Source: Octopus sinensis
Taxonomy: Eukaryota
DNA length: 64,000 nucleotides
Reading direction: 5' to 3'
Assembly (NCBI RefSeq): GCF_006345805.1
Contig: NW_021836172.1
Coordinates: 1 to 64,000, forward strand
The notes under the pieces are model-generated. The model saw only the letters and a program-made list of their open reading frames with translations. It was not told where the DNA came from and ran no database searches. Shown in pieces: positions 39,188 through 52,232 of the stretch (positions are counted from its first letter, which is position 1; each line of letters begins with the position of its first letter). A program made the translations under genes and the position numbers.

Positions 39188-39359
39188 CCGTGTGATTGCT
39201 TCTGTTTCATTAGTTCCGTAGGAAACGCCATAAAAATGACCATCGAAACTATCCTGATTCACTTTGGCAACACCGATACCAAGATTCGAGTATGAAACGT
39301 TGACTTGCTACTCTTCCAGTGGAATTGTTTCTGGCAATATTTTGATAATGTCCAGCATT
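39188..39359 (-). CDS. aGPCR exon (GAIN) with in-frame TAG
   Basis: (R)MLDIIKILPETIPLEE*QVNVSYSNLGIGVAKVNQDSFDGHFYGVSYGTNETEAITR; atcttcag acceptor, gtacca donor, 172 nt, phase 2-0. Confidence 0.85.
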
Positions 39360-39647
39360 CTGAAGATAAAATCAAGAAAACGATTTTTAATTAACAGTGT
39401 GCTTCTAATACGTAATTAGCTATAGGTGTAATTACACTAATTAGCTTAGCTAACAAGGCTTTGTATGCTACTGATGCTTCTACTACTTCCGTTGTTGCTA
39501 GGTTAGCGTTGATGCAGCAAATTCTATTATATGTGCCGCTCCAAATATGGCTGCTGCTACTGCTACTTCTCTTTTTCTCTCTCTTTCTTCTTCTTCTTCT
39601 TCTTCTTCTTCTTCTTCTTCTTCTTCTTCTTCTTCTTCTTCTTCTTT

Positions 39648-39683
<36 letters not shown>

Positions 39684-39707
39684 ACAGAAAACAGATTTGA
39701 ATATTAC

Positions 39708-39927
39708 CTGCTGACACTTCTATTAGATAGTTCTGCCTCAGCCAAAACCTCTGGTGTGTTTATCATATTGTTTACGCCACGTATAATTTTCAGTCTTGTG
39801 TCAGCTGATGCGTTCAATGGCACCATTTTCTCGAGAATATCTACAGCCAAGGCAATATCTTGTTGTTTGAAATACACTGATTTCTGCGAAACATTCAAGA
39901 CCTCTTTCGAAATATTGCCGATATTCC
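39708..39927 (-). CDS. aGPCR exon: GAIN subdomain A
   Basis: (R)NIGNISKEVLNVSQKSVYFKQQDIALAVDILEKMVPLNASADTRLKIIRGVNNMINTPEVLAEAELSNRSVS; ttgcag acceptor, gtaata donor, 220 nt. Confidence 0.9.
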
Positions 39928-41108
39928 CTGCAATGAAAAATTTAACATGAAATTTAATGGAATTACAATCGATTTGAGTTCAAACATTAAATGCAAATTA
40001 AATCTCACAAAACAATTAATGAATCACCGGAAGTTAATTAACGACTCCAGCTTTAAGGAACTGAATGTGTTCAGTTCATCGGTTGTTCAGTTCATCGTTA
40101 TACAGTCTTAGGGTCCCCTGCTCAGTAACATTAACTGGAACAGCGGGGCAGTAACGCAACACTAGGGATCCGTTTATAGGTGAGTAAGGCAGACACTTGA
40201 CGGTGGTGGAAGGGTGTTTGTACATAATATCATTGACAATCAATGAACTGCGATACACCAACCATCATAAACCGCCATTAATTTCAACGCAATTATTTTT
40301 CCAAAGCCAAGGTGAATCTAAACGAAAAAGGGTCGCTGTTCTAAGAAATAATATTGGCTTCAAATTTTATCACAAGGCCAGCAATTGTGGGGGGGGGTGT
40401 AAGTCAGTTACATTGACCCCCAATGCTCGACTCCGAAAGGATGAAAGATAAAGTGAACCTCAGCGGAATTTGAACTCAGAAAGTGAAGACAGACGAAATG
40501 CCGCCGAGCACTTCCTTCACCCGGCCTGCTAACGATTCTGCCACCTCACTTCCTCAATCTAAAGACTAAAATTGAAAGGTTTTCATCAAGATTTTTATAA
40601 GAAAGTGAAGTCATCAAATGACTGTGTGCCTATGAAAATATCTTCAATTTTACAGTGCTATAATAACATTTGAGAGAGGTAAATTGCTCATATTCTATGA
40701 TAAACAGCTATGTGGAGAGCGTCATTGTAGATTTATAACCCAACATAATGTATGCGGAGAAGTATGTACCAGTAATTATCTTTGTTGTTTTTCTACTTCT
40801 CTATGTAGTCAGCCCATCGGCAGAAAGTGAAGGGGAGGGGTAGTTTTAACGATATAAAAATAGACGCAACTCTCCTAATTAATAAATTGTGTCATAACGA
40901 TTCCATAAGTGAATTAATTGATCTGCAATTGGACGAGATGAATATATTGCTGGAGAACTGAAAAGGGAGAATGCGGTGTGCTACCGCTTGAAAGATAAAA
41001 TATTAATTAGCAACACACACACACGTATATGGTGGTCGTAAGGAAAGAGAAATGCAAAGACACATACATATACAGTAAAAGTATTTCGAAACATAATCAC
41101 TCGCTTAC

Positions 41109-41278
41109 TTTGATCAATGTCTTGGCTTCTGATGTCTTTTAGTCGTCGAGTGATCCACTCTGTATTGTAACATTGTGACATGTCTGGTTCTTGCCAGATA
41201 CCAGTAAATGGTGAACATTTTAGTGATGTCCTAGATTGGCTTGATGCCATTTCTGGATGCTTCACCGTCCTGGAAGAA
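41109..41278 (-). CDS. aGPCR exon: second half of HRM domain
   Basis: SSRTVKHPEMASSQSRTSLKCSPFTGIWQEPDMSQCYNTEWITRRLKDIRSQDIDQ; ttttcag acceptor, gtaagc donor, 170 nt. Confidence 0.9.
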
Positions 41279-42012
41279 CTGAAAAAATAAATGTAAAACA
41301 TTCTCTTTTCATCAATCTCAGAGGAATGAAGAGACCATAGGCCTGGTTGGGATTTGAACTCATAATCTAGTGAAAGAAGAGTAAATAGTGTAATGCGTTT
41401 TTGTAAGACGTCTATTATTTATTCCAGATTCCGATCCTCAAAATAAATATAAAATGAATTTTCCAACTGGACGAGCTGATGTTTTGTTAAATATTGCTTT
41501 CAAATGTTGGCACAAGACCAACCATTTTGGAGGGGAGGCTAAGTCTATTGCACCTACCCCAATGCTCAAAAGGGGCATATTTTATCGATTCCTACGGAGA
41601 AAAGGCAAAGTTAACCCCGACGGAATTTAATACCAGAACATAGAGACAGACGAAGCGCTGCTAAACATTTCGCCTGACGAGTTAACGATTCTGCCAGTTT
41701 GCCTTCAATCTTTGTCTAATATTGGCAACAAATCAAATCTTGGAAGTTAGACCAAAGCAAAATTGTGTCACATAATATATAAAACACTTACAAAACACAT
41801 AATATATAAAACACATAATACATAAAACACATAATATATAAAACATATAAAATGTAAGCTTGTCGTGAAAAGTGAATTCAACCGAAGGACATTAATCCCG
41901 TCATCTTAATCTCTCTTGGCGTTTTATTTCCTCTACCATGTAACATTCTCTCATAATAGGATGACACAGAAAACTTCCGATTCTGAGAAGAAATGAAACA
42001 ATAGAAACGAAC

Positions 42013-42124
42013 CAGAGTCTCGTTGCTACATTTTCATGGCATGGAATCGTCGCATTGCTTCCTATTTTCGTCACTGGCCAATGGAAAATACCATTATTCG
42101 AGGTTGTGTCTTCATTACAAGACC
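42013..42124 (-). CDS. aGPCR exon: first half of HRM domain
   Basis: SCNEDTTSNNGIFHWPVTKIGSNATIPCHENVATRL(C) (C...G..WP.T......PC); ttttccag acceptor, gttcgt donor, 112 nt, phase 1-2. Confidence 0.9.
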
Positions 42125-42158
42125 CTGGAAAAGAAGCAAAACATGTATATGATAAAAG

Positions 42159-42192
<34 letters not shown>

Positions 42193-42390
42193 CAGCAGCA
42201 GCAGCAACAGTAGTAGTAGTAGTAATAGTAGTGGTGGTGGTGGTAGTAGTAATAGTAGTAGTGGTAGTAGTATCAGCAGCAGCAGCAGTAGTAGTAGTAG
42301 TAGTAGTAGTATAGTAGTAGTAGTAGTAGCAGCAGCAGCAACAAAAGCAGTAGTAGTAGTAGTAGTTGCTGTTGTAAATAAATAGTTTGG

Positions 42391-42458
42391 ACGTACTGGC
42401 TGAGTTGAGGGCAATGATTCATGAATCGTTATCAGTATATCTGGGGAGACATACTCTT
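42391..42458 (-). CDS. Possible upstream stalk exon of the aGPCR
   Basis: (A)QEYVSPDILITIHESLPSTQP with tag acceptor; the best donor (gtacgt) is phase 0 and does not match the next exon. Confidence 0.3.
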
Positions 42459-44055
42459 GTGCTAACAGGAATCTGATCATTTTGTTAGAACAGACATTTT
42501 CTAATTATTAAATAGTCTCCTTGAGGCAAGCCAAGCGTGACCTCAACATTGAACTATTAATCAATTCCCTCGAAAATGCCTCACCATCAACCTTCCATGA
42601 TATTTCAAAAAGAAAGATTTACTTCCTTAGTGAGATAAGTACAAAGCATGGACATGTAAGGCAGTGACATAGAGGCAGTCCTTAAAAAAGAAGGGTTCTG
42701 ATTAAAGAAGGATGAGCCGACAAGGTGTGGGGTGCTATTTCGTGTCGGAAATAAACTATACATCATCAAGGGTCCTCTTGAATACTTGGTATGACAGGTT
42801 GTCGCAAATAGTTCGAGAACCAGGGACCAGTCACAGAACCATAATAAAAGAATGGTCCACTTAATCCATTTCACGACATGACACACCATTCTGTAACTCC
42901 TCTAAATCCCGGCCAATGCTCCGAGCTTTGGACTGAATCAGGATTTATAGAAGCAGTGAAAACATGTGTCAGCCGGAAGTCGCCCCTCGTCCTCTAAGTG
43001 TTAGTGAACGTAGTTGACCGCTGAGGTAAAGTTGGGAATAGCGCATACCGATACGCATATTCATATGAACATTTAATGTGGTTTTAGAGTCAAGTTTTGG
43101 CTGCTATTTCCAGCGTGGTAACAGGTTTTCCATGATTTACAGAGTTTTCGTAAAATGTGTACAACAAAGCGTCTGTTACACCTCTGTCGATTTGTGAATT
43201 TCTCCACGTCTATTATTTTAAAAATTCCTCCGCGTGAAAAAAACAAAACTTTTTGTTTTCATCGTCATCCGCGTGAATCGTTTATATCTTCGTCGCCTCT
43301 CTTTTAAATTTTTATCCTCCTCTGCACTTTTACGACGCGATTTTATGTGTGTCGTATTTTTTGTCCACTTTGTTATGTTGTTAATGGCACTGTTATTATT
43401 TACATTATTTACATTTGACGGATATTTGTCCTTATCTTGTTTCGGTTGATAAACCTTTCAGACTTCATGAGGTGCTTTGCGGAAATTTTGAACCTGGCTT
43501 CTCATTCCTAAGGTATTTTTCAATGCCTGGAATCGAACTCAGAATGTTGGCGTTAGTAGCCCGCGCTCTTAACCACTACACCATATGCCCGTGGCAGAAT
43601 CATAGTGGCACTGTCATGTTCTTATCGCTACTTTTATATTGTGGCGGTTTCCGCCTCATCTATCTTTGACTTGTCTATTGTGCTATGGTCGATAGCTCCG
43701 CAAGACAATGACTTGTAACGTCTACCTTGACGGTGACTCGAACTCCTATATATCAGTTAACTGACACTGACTCCAACTCGTACAATGACTCTTCTACTAC
43801 CGAAAACGACAGTCACACGACTGTCTTTATAGTGTTTGCGTCATACCACTTGTCAAGTGGGAAGATGCGTACCATTTTAATTACATCCTCCCCACACATA
43901 TATATTGATTAATATATACACCATGGCGCAGTGTAGTATCACAATATAAAAAGAGTTAGTCATCACTAAATCACTAAGAGCGAATACGAGTGACGAAATC
44001 ACCTACATTGCTAGAAAAAAAGTTAAGAAACTCGTAATGTTGTAAAGAAAGTGCA

Positions 44056-44121
<66 letters not shown>

Positions 44122-44222
44122 CCGGAGTAAACACATAAATGTGAAACAAGGTGGAAAAAAGAGTACTCAAATACCAGTGGTAGAGAAATATGCTTTATTT
44201 TATTTCTGCTGCTTAAAATAAA

Positions 44223-44274
<52 letters not shown>

Positions 44275-44279
<5 letters not shown>

Positions 44280-44900
44280 CAAAATAAGCAGCAGGATATC
44301 CAGATGTGATGCATTACGACCGTTTCAAGTGGCTTCATTTAATTGAACAATGCAATCATTACATCAATTTAAATGCAGAGCTATCCTCAGCTGCATAAAT
44401 AAATAAATAGAAATTTTTAATCAGTCGGACACATTTGTATAATTTTACTTAAATCCTCTAATAGGGCAAGAAGACAGACAAAATCCATGCTGTTTTCACT
44501 TCAGCTCAAAAGTTTCTAAGGCATCAGGAAAAAAATTTTGTTTGGGTCGTAGCTTGTCACTGATTTCGATTATGTTTTAATTTATTAGTCTTGTTTATCG
44601 AAGATTAGAGAATAGTGTATGTTAGGAATGGGTATGAGGGAGTTAACAGAATCATAGTGCGTAGAGTCATAAAACTTGTCATGATTATTTTGAAGTAACT
44701 GGCTATAATGAGGTTGGGTAGTGGAAGACCTCAAATCAAGATGTTAATTGCCAGTTAAAGGGGCAAGACGCTAATAAAACCAATGATAATAATACAGAGG
44801 AAATTTTATCATGAGGTACGATAGGTGATTGGCTTAAACAATATTGTTATGATGTATAAAGATAAAATTTTTTAACCACAAAGATAAATTTCGAATAATT
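44275..44900 (-). mobile_element. Old Penelope-like remnant with degenerate hammerhead (44310-44395)
   Basis: Homologous to 50560-51300; tgcag CTGAGGA [long stem II] GAAAC GGTC GTA atgca. Confidence 0.55.
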
Positions 44901-45800
44901 TTGAATATATACCACAATTTTCAAGAAAAGAGAGAGAAATTTTTTTACATAGAATTAGTTTAATATTCATTCATATACTTGATTTTTTTTTACTTATTAG
45001 GTAGTATGTATAAAGACTAATCACTGGCATTTACTAAAGGATTACTGGGGCAATAGAACATGCTAACTATATATTAATTATAATCTAAGAGGTATAGCTA
45101 CCGGTGCTATTATATACAAGCTAATATAAATTTCTAGGGGTACAAAATTCAGGAGGTTTACTTACATAAAGGCTATAATAAAAATAATATGATCAGTAGA
45201 ACACCATAGAAAGGAATAAATAGTTTAATCATTAAAACCATGATAAAGTTTGTATACCTATTTCTTTACTACCCACAAGGGGCTAAACACAGAGAGGACA
45301 AACAAGGACAGACAAACGGATTAAGTCGATTATTTCGACAACAGTGCATAACTAGTACTTATTTAATCGACCCCGAAAGGATGAAAGGCAAAGACGACCT
45401 CGGCGGAATTTGAACTCAGAACGTAACGGCAGACGAAATACTGCTACGCATTTCGCCCGGCGTGCTAACGTTTCTGCCAGCTCGCCGCCCTAAGAATGAT
45501 AAAATATGTATACCATATTATCAACAATAGAAAGAGAAGATTCTATAGAATTCGTTTAATAATACTAACATTATACTTTATTATTTACTTATTAGGTGGT
45601 ATCTATAAAGACTGATCACTGGTATTTTCTAAAGGAATATTGGGGCGATAGAACATGCTAATTCTATATTAATTATAAGCTAAGAGGTGTAAAATAAATT
45701 GTAAAGCTGGCAGTGCTAATACATACATGGTAATATAGTTTGCTGGGAGTAGATAAATAGGAGGACTACTTACATAAAGGCCTTTATAAAAATAATAATA

Positions 45801-47074
45801 TTGGGTTGGCCAAAAAGTCCGTTGGGTCTTTTTTTTTAGGTGAAAATCAAAACAAAGTAAACAATTGTGAAAAATGTATTTAATCAATACAATAGTTACC
45901 ATTTGCTTCTATAACCTTTCGCCACCTGTTGGGTAGATCTTTAATCCCCTGTTCGAAGAATTTAGGTTTTTTATTAGCAAAAAAGTTTCCAACAAAGTTT
46001 TCACGTCTTCATCAGAATTAAACTTTTTGCCATTCAACGATCTGGAGAGTATGGAGGGTGAGGCAAAACTTCCCACTCAAGCTGCAGCAACTTCTGCCGA
46101 GTAATCAAAGCAGTGTGTGGCCTTGCGTTGTCAGGGTGGAAAACAATGCCTTTGCGATTCACCAGTTCTGGCCGTTTTTGGTGAAGAGCCGTGTTTAATT
46201 TATTCAGTTGTTCACAATAAACCTCTGATGGTTTTATTCAAGGGAAGAAGTTCAAAAAAGATAACACCCGTCCAAACCCACCATATCGATAACAGAAATT
46301 TCTTCGGGTGAAGACCTGCTTTGGGTCTACCCACTTTTCATCTCCAATAACACTTCTACTCAAAAGGGGTTCATTGTTTTCCCTTTTTAGTAAAGAATCG
46401 CAAATGGAAACCCTCTGGACAAGATTTGCTTCTGTCAATTTATGGGGAACCCAAACGTCTGGACAAGATTTGCTTCTGTCAATTTATGGGGAACCCAAAC
46501 GTCTGGACAAGATTTGCTTCTGTCAATTTATGGGGAACCCAAACGTCTGGACAAGATTTGCTTCTGTCAATTTATGGGGAACCCAAACGTCAAGTTTAGA
46601 AGCGGAACCAAGTTTATGCAATTTATTTTCCACACTTGTTTTGGATATGGTAAGAATATCTGCGATTTGTCTGGTTGTAAGACTGCAGTCTTGTTTGACT
46701 CCAGCTCTCAGTTGGTCGATGTCAATTTCTTTTTGCCGGCCAGCGCGAGGTGCATCTCTTACTGAAAAATTCCCTGATCGAAATCAAGCAAACCATTTCT
46801 GGCACACCCGTTCTGGAACAGCATTCTCTCCATACACATTGCATAACTTTCGGCAAGTTTCTGTTGCTTTCTTTCCTTTTCTGAAGTAGAAAAAGCATAA
46901 GATGCCGATAGTGCTCCGCCCGGTCTTCCATGTCTCGGCTCAAATGCAATCAAACAAGTTGCAATCTCTCTCCTTTGAGGCTTGTTACACACTGATGTAA
47001 CCTTGGTCGTTAGACCGAATACAGTTTCTAAAGAAAAAGAATATCGCTACGAACGGACTTTTTGACCAACCCAA
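45801..47074 (-). mobile_element. Mariner DNA transposon, defective, with TIRs and TA TSD
   Basis: TIR ttgggttggccaaaaagtccgtt / aacggactttttgaccaacccaa; TA on both sides; EHYRHLMLF, DVWVPHKLTEANLVQRVSICDSLLKR...GDEKW. Confidence 0.95.
46416..46591. repeat. 44-bp tandem x4 inside the mariner transposase (WVPHKL motif)
   Basis: tggacaagatttgcttctgtcaatttatggggaacccaaacgtc, four copies. Confidence 0.95.
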
Positions 47075-47349
47075 TATGATCAGAAGGGTGGAACAGTATA
47101 GAAATAAATAAATAGTTTAATTACTAAAACCATGGTGACTAACTAGACAGGAATATTCAGAGGATAGTATACTAACTCCATATAGTACACTAACTTACTA
47201 TACTATACACATTATATTATATGCAATGTACTTTAATTCATCGTGTAACTGAATATCAACCGATATATATATATAGAGAGAGATAGATAGATAGATATAG
47301 ATATGTATGTATGTGTGTATTTATGTATGTATGTATGTATGTATGTATG

Positions 47350-47404
<55 letters not shown>

Positions 47405-48314
47405 TATTATAAAAGGCAGATTTTATCTGCCTCCCTTTCTCTCTTATAGAAATCTACAATATAAGATTTCTTCAATTACAATTTACCTAGCATTTTTAAG
47501 AGTAGAATGCATCGGGTCGTGCCAGGTACAGTTTTTAAAATTTCAACCCCAATTAAGCAAAATTTCGAGAAAACTCACTTTGTGGTGTGTAAGTGAAATG
47601 TTTTTCTTAGTGTGGGCTAGAGCACACGCACACGCACACACACACACAAACGGAGTGAACTGCCTCACTAATGCTATCACCCTAATTTCTACTACTTTCT
47701 CTTTGCAAGTCTACCTTACAACACTACTCAAAAAAAAGCAGCAAACAGAAACAAATAAATACATAACGATTTACTCCTCACACAATTTCTTCAATTAGAC
47801 TTTACCTATGATTTTTCAAAGAACTTCCATTGGGTCATGCCATACAAAATTTCTTTCAATTTCACCCCCAATTAAGACAAAATTCGAGAAAACTCAATGT
47901 TTTAACATTTCACTTTGATGCCTTTACTCTGCCTATTACTCCCACTTCCTATTTAGACACATAGACACACTAATATATACGACAGTGTCAATTGTTGACT
48001 AACGTGTGTGTGTGTGCGTGTGTGTCTGTGTGTGTGTGTGTGTGCGTGTGTGTGAGGGTGCGTGTGTGTGTGTGTGTGTGTGTGACAGGGATGACCCATT
48101 CAGACTGGTCATCCTTTTTGCTAGAAGATCACCTATGCTACACCACTGGTTTTCACTTCATATTAATCAAATTAATATTCACAAGAAGAAGGACTATTCA
48201 TTATAACACATCAGTTCCATCGGACAACTGCACAAACATTTGCCATTTTACACATGTATGTAAACAAATTCCTTTCTTAAGAATTTCAATTCATTTTCTT
48301 TTTCAATTCATACA

Positions 48315-48965
48315 AAGTTATTTAGGACGAATATAAGATCTAAAGTATATCCAAGTAACAGAAAGATCGCCCAAAAGTGTATATAGATATTTAAATGTAT
48401 TTATATATTCATCTATACACACATGTATGTATAATGTGTGTGTATATATTTCCATAGAGGTAACCATTCATCCGCACAAAGTTTTTTAGGACGAAAATAA
48501 CATCTAAAGTTATCTCTAAGTAGCAGTCGCCCAAAAGTGTATATAGACACACACATGTATGTATAATGTGTGTGTATATATTTCCATAGAGGTAACCATT
48601 CACTCCATACAAAGTTATTTAGGACGAATAGGACGAATATAAGATCTAAAGTATATCCAAGTAGAAGAAAGATCGCCCAAAAGTGTATATAGATATTTAA
48701 ATGTATTTATATATTCATCTATACACACATGTATGTATAATGTGTGTGTATATATTTCCATAAAGGTAACCATTCACTCCGCACAAAGTTTTTAGGACGA
48801 AAATAACATCTAAAGTTATCTCTAAGAAGCAGAAAGATCGCCCAAATGTGTATATATATATTTAAATGTATTTATATATTCATCTATACACACATGTATG
48901 TATAATGTGTGTGTATATATTTCCATAGAGGTAACCATTCACTCCATACAAAGTTTTTTAGGACG
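48315..48965. repeat. ~140-170-bp tandem repeat, ~4 copies
   Basis: Recurring aaagtt.tttaggacgaa...gatcgcccaaaagtgtatatag...ttccatagaggtaaccattca. Confidence 0.85.
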
Positions 48966-48971
48966 AAAATA

Positions 48972-49814
48972 TTTATATATAAAAGAAAGGTTGTGTGTCT
49001 GTCTACTCCGATTTAGATTCCTAACTACTCCCACATTTTGCGATGCAGTTTAACCAAAACCGAGTATTTTATAGTCGTGATTCATATCGAGCCCTTCTGG
49101 GTATTAGCGCGCGTCTACGATGAGTCTACGATTTTACAAATAATTTACCATCATTTTTTCCCATTTTAATGCAATTTTTAAAATAAACGGAAGTAACTCT
49201 CAAACTTCACACCAATATGCGTTCTCATATGCGACGTAATATCACATCAGCAGCATTTCCTCACACCCTCATTGCACTTGGCGAAGGCAAAATACCAGGA
49301 GATGAAAATGATAATATTGCCATCGATTCCATTTGTACCATTGTTAAGACGTCTTCTGATCTCAGAGATGCAGTGTTCCAAGATCTACAAGTTAATTATC
49401 AGAATATGGATTGGATTGGCAAACAGGCTATACTGGCCCCAAGGAATAAAACTGTTCACCATATTAATGATGAAATGCTAAATCTCATTCCTGGTGAAGT
49501 CTATGTATATCAGTCTATCGATACAACTCCTGACCCAGAGGACGTCATCAACTATCCAATAGAGGTACTCAATTCCTTTGAGCACCCCGGACTACCACCA
49601 CACATTCTCAAACTTACAGTTGGTGCCCCTATAATGCTCATCAGAAATTTGGTTCCCCCAAAACAATGCAATGGCACACGTTTGATCGTTAAGTCCTTAT
49701 CTCCCAGCGTAAACTTATATCAATATTTGCCTGAATAATCATCATAATTCAGTGCAATCATTAACAGTACTTTCAAGTAATTCAGCCCCGAGCAACGCCG
49801 GGCAATTCTGCTAG
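48972..49814 (+). mobile_element. Non-autonomous Helitron carrying a PIF1 helicase fragment
   Basis: ORF 49217-49738 (AILAPRN..V..IN...IPG..Y.SID...GLPPHILKL.VGAPIMLIRNL..PKQCNGTRL); 3' hairpin cccgagc-aac-gccggg then CTAG|T; 5' TTTATATATAAAA. Confidence 0.9.
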
Positions 49815-49815
49815 T

Positions 49816-50546
49816 ATATATATAAAAGAGGTTTTGGGTCAAAATTGTGTGCACGTTTTGCTACGTCAGAGGTTGGCGGCCACACCAGTGGTCAGATCGA
49901 GCTGAAAATTGACACTGTCATAGAAGGCGTGATGAGTTGAGTAGGTTAAAACTAACCATCTGGAAAGATGCGGTTGCTATAGGGAGAAGATTCAAGGGGG
50001 CTCTAAGCCCCTCCTGATTGGCGCGATTGGCATCTAATCCTATCTATAAAATGAAGAAGGCGAATGTAGACACAGATTGGATTTTTATGTAAAAAGGGGT
50101 CTAAATGGGGTTGGAAGGGGATTTATATTTACAGTAGAGGGTAACTTGAGGGGGAAAATTGATTGGGAGACGTTTTGTGGCGCTACAGTGGTTGCTTTGG
50201 TGTGAAAACTGGGATTTTATTGATTTTGGGGCACACTTGGTGGTCTAGATCGGACCCCTTTTGCCCGATTTCAATCAAATTTTCAACAAGGTAAAGTGGA
50301 AGCGGATTTGTAATATAAACGCGAAAATCTAATTTTTTTTATAAATGGCAGAGAAATAGATAGAGAGAGACAAAGAGTAAGAGTAAGTGAGGGAAAGTCC
50401 AAGAGAAAGGAAGAGCAAGAGAGTGGGAAAATGAGAAATGATAGAGAAACAAAGAGGGTGAATGTGGCGATAAGAAACAGAAAGGAAGCAACAGAAAGTA
50501 ACAACCACAACCTCATCCGGGCGTAGAGCGGGTGACCTTAAGATAG
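49816..50546 (+). mobile_element. Second, tandem non-autonomous Helitron (putative)
   Basis: Starts atatataaaag directly after the CTAGT; ends ccgggcgtagagcgggt...gATAGT. Confidence 0.5.
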
Positions 50547-50559
50547 TATATAGATCAAA

Positions 50560-51300
50560 TTAAGCAACAGAACATCAAGTAATAATGCAGTCTGAACGTT
50601 TCAAGCAGCTCCATTTAATTGAACAATGCAATCATTACCTTAATTTAAATATAGAACTATCTTCGGCTGTACAAAATACAGAATTTTTTTAACAAGTAGG
50701 ACACATTGATATAATTTTTCTTCAACATTTTAAGAGAGTAAGAAGTTAGAGGAAATTCATATTATCGTTTTTGTAGCAGAGTGTCTAAGAATAGGCTACA
50801 CTTTCTTAGAATCGCATGAGGCATAGTGGATTTTTTATGGTTACCAGGGTTTGTAATTCATTTCTAATTTATTTATCTCTTTATCATCCGATAAAACAAA
50901 AACTAGATGACTGTGTCTCTTTTGAGTAAAGAACAAAAGTTGTCAGCTCACGGCCTGGTCACAAATAATTTCATAAGTATCCCTTTTCCTCAAGAGAAAG
51001 GAAGTAAGTAAGAGATTGGGAATAGTTAGGTTGATGGAAGTAAGTGTCTTTGAAAATAAAGGCAGGATAGGGGTGGACTAGGAAACATGATGTCCATTAC
51101 CAGTTAAAGGGGCAAGATACTAAGAGACTTAAGATACAAATACAGGGAATTTAGTAGGGTCACGACGGGGGGACGTTTATAAACAGTATTGATATGATGC
51201 ACAAAAATAAAATATAAGAATTCCAAATATCATAAGTAAAATAGCTAAAAGGTGTGCATGTATCTAAGTGTAAAGATAAAATTAAGCGGCAATGTCGATA
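50560..51300 (-). mobile_element. Old Penelope-like remnant with degenerate hammerhead (50587-50671)
   Basis: Minus strand KCSLFL...LLKC*RKIISMCP (EN tail) followed by cag CCGAAGA [long stem II] GAAAC GTTC AGA ctg. Confidence 0.55.
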
Positions 51301-52185
51301 AAAATTAGTCAGCAACGCTTGTGCAAAATATTGGGTCCAATAAGACTTGAACCTACACCCTCTCCACCCTATTCAAATGAGACGAACTAAGGTCAAATAC
51401 CCAGTGCCAATAATGGTCGTAGGTTCGCGAATGTGGGAGCACCACGATCTCAAGTGCAAGTGATCCCCAAATTGTTCAATGCTATTGCAGTGACGTCATC
51501 TTGGAAATCTCCAGCACGCATGCGCAGGGTTGGAGTCTTCCGGGAGACCTGTCAGAAGTTTACTCATGCGCATGCGCCAGCAGCTGAACAAGACAGGCGT
51601 GTTTTATCAGCTCTCTCAAGCTGCTACCTCGTGGCGTATCTCCGCTATGCTTGAACGGAGAGGATTTGGCTCACTCCACTTGACTACTGCGATAAGCTCC
51701 TAGGCTGCCGATTCACCCAGAGGAAGAAATGTATATATTGCGAATCAAGAAATAAATATTTATACTGTTGAAGTTAATCGGAATTCTTGACTCTTTCCTT
51801 CGATTAATCGAATTTAATGTAAAGGATGCGAGCTGCACTCATCCAGCGCGGGGACCTCTCATCCTCTTACACTATTTTCGGCACATCCAGTTTTATAGCG
51901 AAATATCGTCTTAGAAACATGCTTTTAAATGTGAAGGTTGCTTCCTTCCCAGTTGGAAGCCCAGAATTTCTGAGGGACATGAACCTAGGTTCTTCTGTCC
52001 TTTTAACAGGTCTTATTTTCAGTTCTGCTGACTTTCTAGGAACACAACCTCCCCAGGCATCACCGAGTTGACGGCAACTAAACCGGTTCACACATACACA
52101 CAGGCATGCATAGATACATACACACACGTACATACATGCATGCATACATACACACACGTACATACATACACAGACGCATGTATGT

Positions 52186-52232
<47 letters not shown>

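Noticed and set aside
40076-40261. Additional GPCR exon (ORF with CLPY...YCPAVP)
   Set aside because: Flanking exons 41109-41278 and 39708-39927 already join in frame, and I see no good donor
42605-42889. Hydrophobic 94-aa ORF as a signal-peptide exon
   Set aside because: No convincing splice sites or phase link to the gene model
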